Positions 63,427 through 64,000 of a DNA stretch of 64,000 bases are shown here, in pieces. Numbering within the stretch: the stretch's first letter is position 1; every line of letters starts with the position of its first letter. The stretch is from Methanobacteriota archaeon (GTDB taxonomy: Archaea > Thermoplasmatota > Poseidoniia > Poseidoniales > Poseidoniaceae), in assembly GCA_004195635.1 (NCBI GenBank), contig PSPT01000002.1, forward strand, positions 26,200 to 90,199, in the 5' to 3' direction. The notes below the pieces were generated by a model. It was not told where the DNA came from. It searched no databases and was given only the letters and a program-made list of their open reading frames with translations. Made by a program: the position numbers and the translations under genes.

Positions 63427-63566
63427 TGCTCCTGCGACTATTTTCCCCTTGCTAATACTAACTCCCCCGATTAATGCACAGGGGGTTTAGTCTTTAGTTT
63501 GACTATTGGAGAATAATTGTCAAATTGGTGGATAGAATAAACTAATTGAGCCAATGAGGGGGGCCC

Positions 63567-64000
63567 ATGGGCATTGAAGATGGGGCGAGCAAGGCCGAAA
63601 AGCCAATTGTTAATCCATCTGTTTCTGACAATAATAGTTTGAATATTCCAGTAGTGTCTGCGGAAGCAACTGAAGTTTCAAACAATCAATTCATGCATGT
63701 TTTTTTCCCCGCAGTTCTTGGGGCCTCTTTTGGCGCATTAGGGCAGCATTTGCTAAGCAAGGGAATAATAGATGTCAGCAATTCGTTTTCACCATTTTTG
63801 CAAACCGTCAGTGAATTATTAGTTATTGTAGCAATGGCTTTGCCTGCAATATTATTAATCGGTTTATTTCATTGTAGAAAGGGCGATAGTTATTTGGATT
63901 TTAGCGGCGGAGGGATAATAATATTCCTTCCTGTCATCATTTTTTGTGTGATGTTTCCCGCTTGTTTATTGCCAATTGTGATAGTGGTCTGGTTTTACAT
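63567..64000 (+). CDS. Hypothetical membrane protein, partial; the gene runs off the window end
   Basis: The ATG is preceded by GAGGGGGG. The ORF is open to the window end. Hydrophobic segments FPAVLGASFGALG and LLVIVAMALPAILLIGLF are present. Confidence 0.35.
   Translation, partial: MGIEDGASKAEKPIVNPSVSDNNSLNIPVVSAEATEVSNNQFMHVFFPAVLGASFGALGQHLLSKGIIDVSNSFSPFLQTVSELLVIVAMALPAILLIGLFHCRKGDSYLDFSGGGIIIFLPVIIFCVMFPACLLPIVIVVWFY

Overview
The window is archaeal. It carries the DNA polymerase II small subunit, RFC small subunit, Pelota, a Nob1-like PIN/zinc-ribbon protein, GatD, a SAMP/MoaD-type ubiquitin-like protein ending in GG, an archaeal-pilin-type hydrophobic domain, and a tRNA with a 56-nt intron at the canonical 37/38 position. 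GC content is moderate (about 45% by eye) and the proteins are markedly acidic. Together with the giant surface proteins, this is consistent with a halophilic, possibly DPANN/Nanohaloarchaeota-like archaeon. That placement is inference only.

Gene content by region:
- 1-2834: a sugar-acid cluster with a partial FGGY kinase, an SDR epimerase/dehydratase and an enolase-superfamily dehydratase.
- 2947-3024: tRNA-Glu.
- 3102-5040: DedA, Nob1-like, TatA and SAMP.
- 5446-8539: a 1000-aa-class surface protein interrupted by an apparent frameshift.
- 9194-22834: a 4546-aa giant adhesin-like protein. It contains Tyr-rich segments, parallel beta-helix repeats, an embedded type-1 copper (cupredoxin) domain, CBM-like and cadherin-like modules, a C-terminal TM anchor, and then an in-frame archaeal-pilin-like module.
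- 23076-34017: housekeeping genes: HAD hydrolase, PolD small subunit, CinA, tRNA-Val, a KDG-kinase/KDPG-aldolase fusion, Pelota, formate-THF ligase, flotillin/NfeD.
- 34074-43940: AroE-like protein, a 950-aa surface protein, acyl-CoA carboxyltransferase, GatD, an intron-containing tRNA(CAU) and RFC-S.
- 44069-58433: a 14.4-kb same-strand array of three paralogous surface proteins of 3006, 912 and 836 aa. Each has Ig-like (Big_2-type) repeats, a C-terminal TM anchor and a cytoplasmic tail. The largest carries about 7 DNRLRE-like lectin-type modules.
- 58511-64000: PanB, an amino-acid permease with a C-terminal EF-hand pair, a two-gene LigB-type extradiol dioxygenase pair fused to RidA, and a partial membrane-protein gene.

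I found no rRNA, CRISPR array, integrase or transposase. The most unusual content is the giant multi-domain surface-protein loci, especially the 4546-aa protein with its internal cupredoxin and C-terminal pilin-like fusion. These are candidate cell-cell or host attachment machinery.
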